Assembly (NCBI GenBank): GCA_049599475.1
Contig: JBMYOQ010000002.1
Coordinates: forward strand, 1 to 64,000
Length of the DNA: 64,000 nucleotides
From: Opitutales bacterium
GTDB taxonomy: Bacteria; Verrucomicrobiota; Verrucomicrobiia; Opitutales; JABSRG01
Reading direction: 5' to 3'
In this document: positions 1 through 9,919 of the stretch, piece after piece
How positions within the stretch are numbered: the stretch's first letter is position 1
Layout of the letters: each line of letters starts with the position of its first letter
The notes under the pieces: generated by a model
The model's input: only the letters and a program-made list of their open reading frames with translations
The model's database searches: none
Told to the model about the DNA's origin: nothing
Made by a program: the position numbers and the translations under genes

Positions 1-76
1 CCCATGCCATAATAGTACAAGGCTTTTATCGATTTATTTGAAGACAGCCCCTAGATTCCGCTGTGGTTCATAAATG

Positions 77-186
77 AGCCCTCAAGTCTCTGTGCCCTCG
101 GTGCCCTCAGTGGTGGATTAACCAGCCCTCAATTATCTGTGCACTCGGTGAAATCTGTGGTCCAATATTTCAAACCACAGATTTCA
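77..186. repeat. Short-period (9-mer) tandem repeat units with an inverted partner
   Basis: agccctcaagtctctgtgccctcggtgccctcagtggt (77-114) and agccctcaattatctgtgcactcggtgaaatctgtggt (124-161) are similar; tgaaatctgtggt (149-161) is the reverse complement of accacagatttca (174-186). Confidence 0.7.
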
Positions 187-227
187 GGATACTAGAATAA
201 GCGAAAACGCTTTTGAGCTTCAGACAC

Positions 228-261
228 AAAAAAAACGCGCCTCATTGCTGAGTCGCGTTTT
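228..261 (-). terminator. Intrinsic terminator of trxA
   Basis: aaaacgcg-c-ctca/tgag-t-cgcgtttt hairpin with an A-run on the left (U-tract on minus), about 23 nt past the trxA stop. Confidence 0.75.
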
Positions 262-283
262 GAAAGGTCTATGAGGAATGTCC

Positions 284-610
284 TTAGGCTGCTGCAGTGA
301 GCTTAGCCTTGAGGTCGTCCTTGGAGGTGAGGCCTACGATTTGTTCTACGACTTCGCCGCCCTTGAAAATGAGCATAGTGGGAATTGCACGGATGTTGAA
401 CTTCGCCGCAGTTGCGCTGGCTTGGTCTACATTCACTTTGCAGATTGATACAGTTTCGCCCACTTCGCCTGCGAGCTCTTCAAGGATGGGAGCAATCGCT
501 TTGCAGGGCCCGCACCAGGGTGCCCAAAAGTCTACGAGCACGGGAGTCGAGGCTCCTGTGATAGCTTCTTCGAAAGATGAGTCGTCGAGTTCTTTTATAT
601 TTTCGGCCAT
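284..610 (-). CDS. trxA: Thioredoxin
   Basis: VDFWAPWCGPCK active site, 108 aa. Confidence 0.97.
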   Translation of the reverse strand: MAENIKELDDSSFEEAITGASTPVLVDFWAPWCGPCKAIAPILEELAGEVGETVSICKVNVDQASATAAKFNIRAIPTMLIFKGGEVVEQIVGLTSKDDLKAKLTAAA

Positions 611-628
611 GATTGTAATCCTTGGAAT

Positions 629-1084
629 CTAGAGAAAAGGCATGTTTTCCAAGACTGCAAGCACTGTAAATACAATTGCTGCAACGGCAGCGATGCCTTG
701 CAGTCCGATGGCGACCATATCGCCAATTGAGGTTTCTTTTTCTTCGTCGAAACTGATTTGAGAGTCCATGTCGGGGGCGGGGGTTGGAGTGATCGTAGGT
801 TGGAGGCTGCTTTGAGGTTTGCTTGGCTTGGCGGCTGGAGTTGAGTGACTCGCCGGTTCTGTGGCCTCAGAGGCAGAAAGCGCGGAAGGTTTTAGCGCAG
901 CTGGCTTCGGAGCTGCGGGCTTGGGCTTGCTTGCCGCAGTGTCTTCGGAACTCGAAGAGGATGTCGGCGTGATGTTGGGAGCGAAAGGTGTCTGCGTGAC
1001 CTTGAACTTGGGCTTGGTGGTTGGGCTGATGGATGGCTTTGCGGGTGAAGAATCATCCGGCTTTTCTGGAGATACGTCGCTCAT
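629..1084 (-). CDS. Hypothetical Pro/Ser/Lys-rich protein with a C-terminal TM anchor
   Basis: Low-complexity N-terminus, single hydrophobic C-terminal helix, fits operon spacing. Confidence 0.7.
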   Translation of the reverse strand: MSDVSPEKPDDSSPAKPSISPTTKPKFKVTQTPFAPNITPTSSSSSEDTAASKPKPAAPKPAALKPSALSASEATEPASHSTPAAKPSKPQSSLQPTITPTPAPDMDSQISFDEEKETSIGDMVAIGLQGIAAVAAIVFTVLAVLENMPFL

Positions 1085-1124
1085 ATGGGGTATATTGAGA
1101 TGTGGGCTCTGTGAAAAATAGAAT

Positions 1125-1373
1125 TTATTGAGGAATATTCTTTGAGATAATGTCAGTCAACTCTTCGCGTTCGACGTTGTCTAGGGATTTGCCTCGACGG
1201 TCTAGGGTTTCGAAGGTTTTGACCAGGGTCTCGGTCATTTTGTCGTGAGTTTCCTCGCTACCACCGACTACGGAGAATTTGTCCGCCTGGGTAATGCGTT
1301 TGTGGCCGTCCTGATTATCGAGGCCGATTCCCATGAGATGGGCGGGTTTTGCTCTGTCGTTTGAATCACTCAT
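1125..1373 (-). CDS. Small hypothetical protein
   Basis: 82 aa, overlaps the scpA stop, protein-like composition (GLDNQDGHKRIT...GGSEETH). Confidence 0.75.
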   Translation of the reverse strand: MSDSNDRAKPAHLMGIGLDNQDGHKRITQADKFSVVGGSEETHDKMTETLVKTFETLDRRGKSLDNVEREELTDIISKNIPQ

Positions 1374-2169
1374 CTAGAATAGGAGTCACTTCGGATGGAT
1401 TGTCTTCCTCAATAAGTCGGCGACAGTCTATGTCACCAAAAGGAACGTTTTGTTCAATCGAAATTTTACGGAGCCGTGTCAGTTCCAACATGGCGATGAA
1501 AGTAGAAACGAGCTGGGTGATCGATACTTTTCCGTCAAATAGTTCGGTGAAGAGGAAGCGTTCACGCGTTTTCAGAGTCTCTAGGATCTGTTCCATGCAG
1601 TCTGAGACGGTGACTTGCTCATCATGAATTTCACCGACCACCATGCGCTCCGAGAGTCTGCGGAGCACTTGGTTGAACATGTTCCAGACTTCGATGCGGT
1701 CGCTGTATTTGAGCGGGCGCTCCTCGGGCTCTTTTTCCTCCTCAGTGAAGCTGCGAGGTGTGATGGTCTGCGCCTGGTTGATCATGTTCTCCAAGGTAGA
1801 GGCGGCTTCCTTGAATTTCCGATATTCGATCAATTGCTGGACGAGCTCCCATCTGGGGTCCAAATCATCCTCGTCGTCCTCGTTCTCCTCATCCTTCTGC
1901 TCATTGCGTGGCAGGAGCATTCGGCTCTTGATGTACATCAGAGTGGAGGCCATGACAAAAAACTCACCGGCGACTTCGAGATTGAGCTGCTCCATTTTGC
2001 GGAGAATCGCCATGTATTGGCCCGTGACTTCGGCGATCGGAATGTCGTAGATGTCTACCTCATTTCTCCTGATGAGAAATAGCAGCAAGTCCAACGGGCC
2101 TTCAAATACCGGCAGGCGGATTGGAAGGTCTGGGATCTTTATGAGGTTGTCTTCGGCGGGCTCGCTCAT
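1366..2169 (-). CDS. scpA: Segregation/condensation protein A (kleisin)
   Basis: FEGPLDLLLFLI, YIKSRMLLP and TFIAMLEL motifs. Confidence 0.95.
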   Translation of the reverse strand: MSEPAEDNLIKIPDLPIRLPVFEGPLDLLLFLIRRNEVDIYDIPIAEVTGQYMAILRKMEQLNLEVAGEFFVMASTLMYIKSRMLLPRNEQKDEENEDDEDDLDPRWELVQQLIEYRKFKEAASTLENMINQAQTITPRSFTEEEKEPEERPLKYSDRIEVWNMFNQVLRRLSERMVVGEIHDEQVTVSDCMEQILETLKTRERFLFTELFDGKVSITQLVSTFIAMLELTRLRKISIEQNVPFGDIDCRRLIEEDNPSEVTPILDE

Positions 2170-2178
2170 TCCAAGCGC

Positions 2179-4419
2179 TTAGAAATTGATGAGCTTGGCT
2201 CGTAAAGCGATGCCAAAATCATCCTCGCGATCAGATCCTCGGGAAACTTTCACCCCATATTCCACTTCAATGCTGCGGCCCAATCGTTGAGCTATGGTGT
2301 AGATCTGCTCTGTCAGGCCTCCATATGTGTCGTCATAGCGGAGTCTTACTCCGAAGCCGAAGCGCTGTGAAAACTGGTAGCGGAAGAGCGCTCCAAATTG
2401 CTGGATGTTGTCGATTTCGGGAGCGTCGTCGAGGTAGCTGCTGTAGAAACTGAGCCGCCAGAGATCGCCCGATTTGAGGGTAATGCGCGTGGAGATGGCG
2501 CCCAAATCCGCGGATTCGGGATCCCAGCGTGTAAAGAGGTCCATCTCGAGCCAGTGGGCGGGGGAGAGGCTTAGTTCTGTGTATATAGCGTCTTCCTCGC
2601 CGAAGTCTCCGGAATCAAGAAGTGCGTCGTAGTATGCGTTGAAGCTGGCCAAGGATCGCACACCGTTTGCGTCGGAGCGCGTCAGGAGCGTGTTTTCCAG
2701 TCCGAAACGAAAAAGGTGACGCTCGTCGAGCGTGTCCGTAGCTCGGCTGTCGAGTAGATCTAAAGTGGGCATGTGAACGCTATCGAATAGGCGATCGATG
2801 GGATAGACATCTGCATCGGACAGATCGTCGCCGTCTCGGTATCGGTAGCTGACTACAGGTTGGAAAACATGGCGGAGACCATCGATTTCCCAGAATGGAT
2901 TGTCGAAATCCCAGGTCCCCGTCATGGTTGTTCTGAGGTCGGCTCCGACTTCACCCAACACGCGCTCTTCGGCGGATTCGTTTACACCTTCAAACCGTTG
3001 GGTCTCGTAAGTGAGCCCGCGGATTGAGGCGAGCGGCGTCAAGGTGACACCTTCAGCAAGGTTGATTGGGCGCTGGACCCCGTAGGCGAGGTCGATTCTG
3101 CTCTGCTCCCAAATCTCGTTGTCGGACGGTGGTATCCAGGGGTCGAGCGATGACGGGGCTCCGCCCAGGGCGTCAGGATCCCAACGCAGGCGTGCTGCAG
3201 AGAAATGGGCCGACTGAAAGGCCTGTGTTTCAAAAAACGGAATCCACGGAAGGTCGGCTCGCAACTCGGGCAGGCGCTCGACAACACTTTGGAAACTATT
3301 CACGCGGGGGCGGGCCGTCAGGGAAATATATACTGGATCGGCGGTCCAAGCCAAAGTGGCGTAGGAGTCTGGATCCTGAGTGCCGTCGAACAAGTCTCTC
3401 CGGAAGTCGCGAAGAACATCCGAGTCATCAAGGTAATTCAATGAGGCCAGGAATTCGATTTCGTCCGAGAATGTGGTGCGATTTTCCCATAGAATGAAGC
3501 TGCGATCATTGTCGGGAGTGGTTCTTGGGAATTCGCGCGGGTAGAGCGTGGAGACTTCGATATCTCCCTGGTCCTTGATCCAGCCTGTCGAGAGGTTGCC
3601 CTCATAGTGAGCATTGCCCCAGGTCTTATCATAGCGAGCCGCGGGACCGATTAGGACTCCGCGGTTTGTATAGAGGTCCAAATTTGCGCCGACTTTTAGG
3701 CCATCTTGGATCGGTACGAGAATTTCCGATTGAACGTAAGCACCGAGATAACTGCGGTAGCCGAGCTTACCATCGATCTCGGGGCGCTGTCCACGGAAGG
3801 TATTTGAATAGTTCGGGATACTCAGGAGTGGAATTTTGCCTACGCTTAGGCGGGCGCGCTCGGTTTTGAACGAATCGTCGGCTAGGAGTTCCACACCTGA
3901 TGCGCTGATTTTTGGCGTGAAGGGTCCGGGCTCTCCATAGTAGAAATCGCCCCGGTCGATCTTCACGAGCCCACGTGAGCCTTCTAGGTTGTCGCCCTGA
4001 ATAATGAGAGGAGGGAGGCCCGCTCGGAAGTTTGAAGCGGTAAAAGTCTGTTTTTCGAAATCGTATTCCAGAGAGTCTGCAAGAATGCGTAGTTCTTTAT
4101 ACGTTAATTCGGCGTTACCAGTGGCGTAGGCGATTTTTTTGACACGATCATAACGGATCTCGTCGGCCTTCAGGAAATATTCGTCATCAAAGAGTTCGCC
4201 CTTCTTCGCGACGACCAGAGTGAAATTATTCTCATAGGTGATCGGGTCTCCCGAGAGTTCGGGGTCGGCCTGCGAGACTGCTGGGCAGATAATTAGAGCT
4301 AGGGTAAGGATTCTCAGAAAAGAGCGCACAAGGCCATCATACGGCTTAAGGAAGGTAAACAAGCCTAAACCGGTTTTGCTTATGAATGAGTGTGAGTTGT
4401 TGAAGAGGTATCGGAGCAT
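2179..4419 (-). CDS. lptD: LPS-assembly protein LptD-like OM beta-barrel (start uncertain)
   Basis: N-terminal beta-jellyroll-like region (LKADEIRYD..., LADSLEYD), ERLPEL, RHVFQP, aromatic beta-strands, C-terminal F. Confidence 0.8.
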   Translation of the reverse strand: MLRYLFNNSHSFISKTGLGLFTFLKPYDGLVRSFLRILTLALIICPAVSQADPELSGDPITYENNFTLVVAKKGELFDDEYFLKADEIRYDRVKKIAYATGNAELTYKELRILADSLEYDFEKQTFTASNFRAGLPPLIIQGDNLEGSRGLVKIDRGDFYYGEPGPFTPKISASGVELLADDSFKTERARLSVGKIPLLSIPNYSNTFRGQRPEIDGKLGYRSYLGAYVQSEILVPIQDGLKVGANLDLYTNRGVLIGPAARYDKTWGNAHYEGNLSTGWIKDQGDIEVSTLYPREFPRTTPDNDRSFILWENRTTFSDEIEFLASLNYLDDSDVLRDFRRDLFDGTQDPDSYATLAWTADPVYISLTARPRVNSFQSVVERLPELRADLPWIPFFETQAFQSAHFSAARLRWDPDALGGAPSSLDPWIPPSDNEIWEQSRIDLAYGVQRPINLAEGVTLTPLASIRGLTYETQRFEGVNESAEERVLGEVGADLRTTMTGTWDFDNPFWEIDGLRHVFQPVVSYRYRDGDDLSDADVYPIDRLFDSVHMPTLDLLDSRATDTLDERHLFRFGLENTLLTRSDANGVRSLASFNAYYDALLDSGDFGEEDAIYTELSLSPAHWLEMDLFTRWDPESADLGAISTRITLKSGDLWRLSFYSSYLDDAPEIDNIQQFGALFRYQFSQRFGFGVRLRYDDTYGGLTEQIYTIAQRLGRSIEVEYGVKVSRGSDREDDFGIALRAKLINF

Positions 4420-4554
4420 AATCCCTAAATCTTGGCGTAGTGGGTCGATAAGATTCTCTGTTTATAATGTCGTTTAGATTTATAGAGAATGAATTCTTAA
4501 ATTCTTAAGAGTTATACCTTGCGACACCTGAAAAATTACTTTGCAAAGACTCAT

Positions 4555-6801
4555 ATGTCATCGAGTGGCACCATCTCTTCGTCTTCGTCTCTAACTTCTC
4601 ACGATCAACTACAGGCTATCATCGATGGCCTACATTCCGAGCCACACAGTGTGCTTGGGGCTCATCCGGGAAAGGTCGATGGTGTAACGGGCGTGATTGT
4701 CCGCTGTTTCGTTCAGGACGCTGTTTCAGTGGATGTTATAATCCTGGATGGAGAGACAGAACGCTCTCGAGTTGGGATGCGAGCGGCTGATCCATCGGGT
4801 TTTTACGAGGCTTTTATCCCCTGGTCGGAAAAGATCGAGACGTTTTCCTACCGTCTCTCGGTGAATCAAGAAAGCACCGTGACCCGGGAATTTTTTGATC
4901 CCTATGGGTTTTTACCACAGGTCGACGAAGAGCAACTGAAGCTTTTTAACGATGGGCGCTGCCTCGAGATTGAGAATCATCTGGGCGCTCATACGATCGT
5001 GCACGATAAGGCGCCAGGGGTGCGTTTCACAGTGTGGGCACCGAATGCGCGCCGCGTGTCCGTTGTGGGGAATTTTAACCGTTGGAATGGCCTGTATCAT
5101 CCCATGCGCCGTATGGGTAGCACCGGAGTTTGGGAGTTGTTCATTCCTGGTTTCAAGCAAGGTGAGCCTTACAAATTCGAAATTAAAGGTCCCTACGGTT
5201 TCTGTCAGCTCAAGTCGGACCCGTATGCTACCTACTTTGAATCGCCTCCGCACAACGCGTCGATTGTTCATGACATCAGTGGCTATGAATGGAACGACGA
5301 AGATTGGCTCAAAAAACGGGCGTCACTCGATTGGACGAAGGAGGCCATCAATATTTATGAGGTGCATTTCGGCTCCTGGAGACGCGTTGTCGAGGATGGG
5401 AATCGTCCGTTCTCATATCGCGAAATGGCTCCAGAGCTAACGGAGTATGTGAAAGGAATGGGCTTCACTCATGTGGAGTTTATGCCTCTTGCCGAGCACC
5501 CCTTTGCAGGTTCGTGGGGATATCAAGTTACCGGTTTCTTCGCTCCTACGCACCGTTTTGGAACACCAGAAGAGTTCATGTACCTTGTGGATTATTTGCA
5601 CCAAAATGGTATCGGTGTGATTATTGACTGGGTGCCCGGCCATTTCCCGAAAGACGCTTTTGCCCTCGCCGAATTTGATGGCACTCATCTCTACGAGCAT
5701 GCGGATCCGCGCCAGGGGCAGCACAAGGAATGGGGTACTTTGATTTTCAATTACGGCCGCCACGAAGTGCGTAATTTCCTCTTAGCCAGTGCCTTGTCGT
5801 GGATTAAGCGTTTCCATATCGATGGACTGCGCGTCGATGCTGTCGCTTCCATGCTTTACTTGAACTACGGCCGCGAAGAAGGGGAGTGGATCCCAAACAA
5901 GTGGGGTGGCCAAGAGAATGTGGAAGCGATCCAGTTCTTGCGAGAAACGAACGATATTATCCATGATACCTATCCTGGGGTGATCACCATTGCAGAGGAA
6001 TCGACATCCTTCGCGGGTATCACGAGTCCAACGGACAACCACGGCTTAGGTTTTGATTTTAAGTGGAATATGGGCTGGATGCACGATTCGCTGCAGTTCA
6101 TCCAGCGCGACCCAATTTACCGCGGGTTCCACCTGAACGATCTTACTTTCGGCATGCTTTACCAGTATTCTGAAAAGTTCATGCTGGTCTACAGCCACGA
6201 CGAGGTCGTTCACATGAAGGGCTCTATGATGCGTAAAATGGCGGCTAGTGATATGCCGACCAAATCGCGGAATCTGCGTTGCTTGTACACGCTAATGTGG
6301 TGCTGGCCTGGCAAAAACATTCTCTTTATGGGCGGCGAGTTCGGACAGACTGCCGAATGGAAGTACGATGCCTCTCTAGACTGGCACCTCCTGCGGTATA
6401 AAGATCACGAGGGCGTTAGTTGTACGATTCGCGATTTAAACAATATGTTGATCGATAACCCCGACTTTTCTGCACGTGATTACGATAGCGAGGCATTCAG
6501 TTGGGTAAATTGTCAGGATCAACAGACCGCGGTCCTCAGCTTCATACGTAAGGGAGAGGGTGATCGTTGGATGCTCGTCTTATGCAACTTTACCCCTCTA
6601 ACCCGTAAAAATTACCGTGTCGGTGTGCCCGCTCGCGGCAAATGGAGCGAAGTCTTCAATAGCGATGCGGAAGTCTACGGAGGAAAGAATGAGGGGAATG
6701 GCGGTCTGCGGATGGCAGAGCCCATTGCTTCAGACGGCTATGAACAGTCTTTGAAGGTGACTGTGCCAGGTCTCTCTGGACTCGTGTTCATTTTCGGGTA
6801 G
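4555..6801 (+). CDS. glgB: 1,4-alpha-glucan branching enzyme
   Basis: VWAPNA, SWGYQ, DGLRVDAVASM, IAEEST and SHDEVVH GH13 motifs; ATG at 4555 preferred to TTG at 4519. Confidence 0.97.
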   Translation: MSSSGTISSSSSLTSHDQLQAIIDGLHSEPHSVLGAHPGKVDGVTGVIVRCFVQDAVSVDVIILDGETERSRVGMRAADPSGFYEAFIPWSEKIETFSYRLSVNQESTVTREFFDPYGFLPQVDEEQLKLFNDGRCLEIENHLGAHTIVHDKAPGVRFTVWAPNARRVSVVGNFNRWNGLYHPMRRMGSTGVWELFIPGFKQGEPYKFEIKGPYGFCQLKSDPYATYFESPPHNASIVHDISGYEWNDEDWLKKRASLDWTKEAINIYEVHFGSWRRVVEDGNRPFSYREMAPELTEYVKGMGFTHVEFMPLAEHPFAGSWGYQVTGFFAPTHRFGTPEEFMYLVDYLHQNGIGVIIDWVPGHFPKDAFALAEFDGTHLYEHADPRQGQHKEWGTLIFNYGRHEVRNFLLASALSWIKRFHIDGLRVDAVASMLYLNYGREEGEWIPNKWGGQENVEAIQFLRETNDIIHDTYPGVITIAEESTSFAGITSPTDNHGLGFDFKWNMGWMHDSLQFIQRDPIYRGFHLNDLTFGMLYQYSEKFMLVYSHDEVVHMKGSMMRKMAASDMPTKSRNLRCLYTLMWCWPGKNILFMGGEFGQTAEWKYDASLDWHLLRYKDHEGVSCTIRDLNNMLIDNPDFSARDYDSEAFSWVNCQDQQTAVLSFIRKGEGDRWMLVLCNFTPLTRKNYRVGVPARGKWSEVFNSDAEVYGGKNEGNGGLRMAEPIASDGYEQSLKVTVPGLSGLVFIFG

Positions 6802-6818
6802 AGCCCTGGGATCTTTGC

Positions 6819-6852
6819 AAAAAAAAGCCGGGGACGAATCCCCGGCTATTCT
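6819..6852. terminator. GC-rich hairpin terminator, possibly bidirectional; best U-tract is on the minus strand
   Basis: A8-gccgggga-cgaa-tccccggc-tattct. Confidence 0.75.
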
Positions 6853-7135
6853 GCTATGCTGTGTATCTGTTTTCCGTTTCCTGAAGGAAAGTTATAATTG
6901 GAACATACCCATATTTCGGTCTTTTCAAGTAAAGACATTAAAAAAAGTGAAATTATTTTCGTGAGTATTTGATCGTAAGTAGAGAATTCTGTGAAAATTG
7001 GGCTTATTGATATGCTGTTCTCAGTAATTGTGGGTGAAACGAAGCGATTTCTCCGAAAAATCTACGGCTTCTAGCAAATTTGTTTGTTGCCAATCAGAGT
7101 GAGAAAGAGACCTATTTGTTCCAGCGAAGGCACAT

Positions 7136-8803
7136 ATGCTCCAACACTTAAGGATTCAGAATCTAGCTCTTATGGATCAGGCCGAGTTGGCCTTTGATCA
7201 AGGATTTCACTCTGTGACCGGCGAAACGGGTGCTGGTAAGAGTGTTCTTCTGGGCGCGCTCGCTATTTTATCTGGAAATCGAGTGGAGAAATCGATCATC
7301 CGGCGCGGGCAGGATGCGTGTGTCGTTGAAGCATCTTTATACATTTCAGGAGAGCCCGGTAAGGCTATCAATGAGTGGTTGGATCTGCAGGATCTGCCTG
7401 AATGCGAGGAGGATACTCTTATTATCAGCCGCTCGGTTTTTGCGAGGAAGGCGGCCCGAGTGCTGGTGAATGGTAAAATGACTACGGTCTCTAAGCTGCG
7501 TGAATTGGGAGAACTCTGGATCGATTTTCATGGTCCGGGCGAGCCCCAGAAGTTGGTCGACGAATCCTTTCAGCTCAAGATGGTCGATTCCTATGGAGAT
7601 TTTCAGGCGGAAATGGACCAGTTTTCCAATTGTTACGCGGCTTGGAAAAAAATCTCCGTGGAGATGAAGCGACTTCAGGAGCAGGAGCATTTGGATGAGG
7701 ACGAGCTGCGCTATCTAGAGAGCCAATTGACAAAGCTGCAGTCACTTGAGCTCGAGGAATCCGCGATTGAAACGCTGGAAAATGATTTTAAGCGCCTGAG
7801 TCAGTCCCAAGAAATCGGGGAAGCGGCGCAAATTTGTTTCGAGGCGCTTGCAGGTTCCTCGGGAGCAGTTGACAGCATGGGTGCAGCAATTAAAGCGGCT
7901 TCGGACCTCTCGGAGATGGATTCCGAGTCGGAAGACCTTGAAAAGCGCCTAAACAGTCTACTCGTAGAGGCCGAAGATCTCGCTGAAGAATATCGAGACC
8001 GGATCGCGGCAGTGGAATTTGATCCCGGAGAAGTGGATGAATTGCAACGGCAGATGCTGCTCTGGATGGATCTGAAACGCAAATATGGCGGAGATTTGGA
8101 ATCCGTCCTGGCGAAACGAGAATCCATTGCAGAGAGGATCAATGATCAGGGAAATATTGAGGGGCGTCTCATCGAGCTCGAATCACAGGTCTCCAAAGCT
8201 TTTGAAAAGGTGCAAAAGGCTGCGAAGGCGCTCGGAAAACAACGCCAGTACGCGGCGAAGCGCCTGCAGGCCGAGGTCGTAAAAGTTCTGAAGACGCTCG
8301 GTTTCAAGAAGGCAGACCTACGGATGGAGCTAAGCTCCTCTGACAAAATTACCGAAAGCGGTTCAGACACCGTCGAGTTTCTCTTCTCTGCAAACCCTGG
8401 GTCTGACCCACTCCCTTTGAATCAGATTGCTTCAAGTGGCGAGATGGCCCGGGTGATGTTGGCTCTGAAGACGGTGCTCGCGCGTTATGATGGAACGCCT
8501 GTCCTTGTTTTTGACGAAGTCGACGCAAATGTGGGGGGCGAGATCGGTAAGGCGGTGGGCGATCGCTTGAAGGGACTCGCCGAGAAGCATCAAGTATTCT
8601 GTATTACCCACCTCCCACAGGTAGCTGCTAAGGGGACTTATCATTGGCGAGTGTTGAAGAACCAATCGGAAAAAGACACATCGGTGAAGATTGATGCGCT
8701 TGCGGACGATCGGGTGCGGCGTATCTCCGAGCTCGCACGCATGATGGGCGACCGCAATTCAGCGACGGCCTTGAAACATGCTGAAGAGCTCTTGGACGCT
8801 TAG
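7136..8803 (+). CDS. recN: DNA repair protein RecN
   Basis: TGETGAGKS Walker A, ASSGE signature, FDEVD Walker B, ITHLPQVAA. Confidence 0.96.
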   Translation: MLQHLRIQNLALMDQAELAFDQGFHSVTGETGAGKSVLLGALAILSGNRVEKSIIRRGQDACVVEASLYISGEPGKAINEWLDLQDLPECEEDTLIISRSVFARKAARVLVNGKMTTVSKLRELGELWIDFHGPGEPQKLVDESFQLKMVDSYGDFQAEMDQFSNCYAAWKKISVEMKRLQEQEHLDEDELRYLESQLTKLQSLELEESAIETLENDFKRLSQSQEIGEAAQICFEALAGSSGAVDSMGAAIKAASDLSEMDSESEDLEKRLNSLLVEAEDLAEEYRDRIAAVEFDPGEVDELQRQMLLWMDLKRKYGGDLESVLAKRESIAERINDQGNIEGRLIELESQVSKAFEKVQKAAKALGKQRQYAAKRLQAEVVKVLKTLGFKKADLRMELSSSDKITESGSDTVEFLFSANPGSDPLPLNQIASSGEMARVMLALKTVLARYDGTPVLVFDEVDANVGGEIGKAVGDRLKGLAEKHQVFCITHLPQVAAKGTYHWRVLKNQSEKDTSVKIDALADDRVRRISELARMMGDRNSATALKHAEELLDA

Positions 8804-8955
8804 TTCTTTGGTGGGCTAGGGGCCCGTAACTGAGAGAAGCAGTTTATCGCTAGCTGAAGGAATGCTCTCTGATTTTATCATAGTGGAGGCGCCTTGGGTA
8901 GGCTAAGGCATCGCTCGGAGCCAGACCTCACAATTTGCATCAGTGCTTATTCCAA

Positions 8956-8993
8956 TTGACAACAGGGGTGTTTTATTTTGATTAATCAAAATA
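8956..8993 (+). promoter_or_regulatory. tro promoter (-35 TTGACA) with a perfect 20-bp palindromic operator
   Basis: TTGACA at 8956-8961; TATTTTGATTAATCAAAATA at 8974-8993 covers the expected -10 and reaches the ATG. Confidence 0.75.
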
Positions 8994-9919
8994 TGAATCG
9001 GGTGATCTCAAAATGCCTAATAACGCTGGTCTTTATTGCTTCTATGCTCGATGCGTCGGCTAAGACTGTCGTGACCGTTACGACAACGCATCTCGCAGAC
9101 TTGGTAGCCCAGGTCGGTGGGGATGTGGTTGAGGTAGAGGCTCTGATGGGACCCGGAGTGGATCCTCACCTGTATAAGCCCGCGGCACCCGATGTGAGGA
9201 AGCTTACGCGCGCGGATTTGATTCTGTATAATGGACTTCTGCTGGAGGGGCAAATGGGTGAACTTTTCGAACGCATGCAGAAACGTGGTCGGCTGGTCGT
9301 CGCTGCCGCGGAAGCGGTGCCGGAAGAACGCTTATTAGCTTCGGAAGACTACGAAGACCACTTCGACCCACACGTGTGGTTTGACCCAGATCTATGGTCG
9401 TACGCTGTCGACTCAGTGGTTGCGGCACTCAAGCAGGCAGACCGTGAGCATGCAGAGGTTTTCGAGCAAAATGGATCCGCCTATAAATCGAGAATGTATG
9501 AGGCCTCACAGTGGGCGGAAAATGCAATTGGGCACCTTCCGGAATCCAGCCGCGTGCTCATTACGAGCCACGACGCATTTAACTACTTTGGCAATCGTTT
9601 TGGGCTCGATGTCATTGCCGTGCAGGGTATCTCCACTGCAGTTGAGGCAGGATTAGCTGACATCGCAGGTATGGTAGATCTGATCAAGGACCGTGAAATT
9701 AAAGCGATATTCGTGGAAAGCAGCGTGTCTCCGGCCGCGATCGAACGTATTAGCCGAGACTCAGGTGCGAAGGTCGGCGGTGAGCTGTTGTCAGATTCTT
9801 TGGGGACGCCCGGAGAGTTTATAGAAGTAAACGGGGCGCAATACGATCTCGGCACCTGGGAAGGGATGTTTCGGTATAATGTCCAAACCTTCGTCGGTGC
9901 AATGAAGGATGAGGGATGA
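8993..9919 (+). CDS. troA: Mn/Zn/Fe ABC transporter substrate-binding protein
   Basis: GPGVDPHLY, DPHVW, TSHDAFNYF, IFVESSV; signal peptide. Confidence 0.92.
   Translation: MNRVISKCLITLVFIASMLDASAKTVVTVTTTHLADLVAQVGGDVVEVEALMGPGVDPHLYKPAAPDVRKLTRADLILYNGLLLEGQMGELFERMQKRGRLVVAAAEAVPEERLLASEDYEDHFDPHVWFDPDLWSYAVDSVVAALKQADREHAEVFEQNGSAYKSRMYEASQWAENAIGHLPESSRVLITSHDAFNYFGNRFGLDVIAVQGISTAVEAGLADIAGMVDLIKDREIKAIFVESSVSPAAIERISRDSGAKVGGELLSDSLGTPGEFIEVNGAQYDLGTWEGMFRYNVQTFVGAMKDEG

Noticed and set aside
8891..8909. DtxR/IdeR-like box gccttgggtaggctaaggc
   Set aside because: Partial match only, far from the promoter core and inside a REP-like hairpin; the perfect palindrome at 8974-8993 is the better operator
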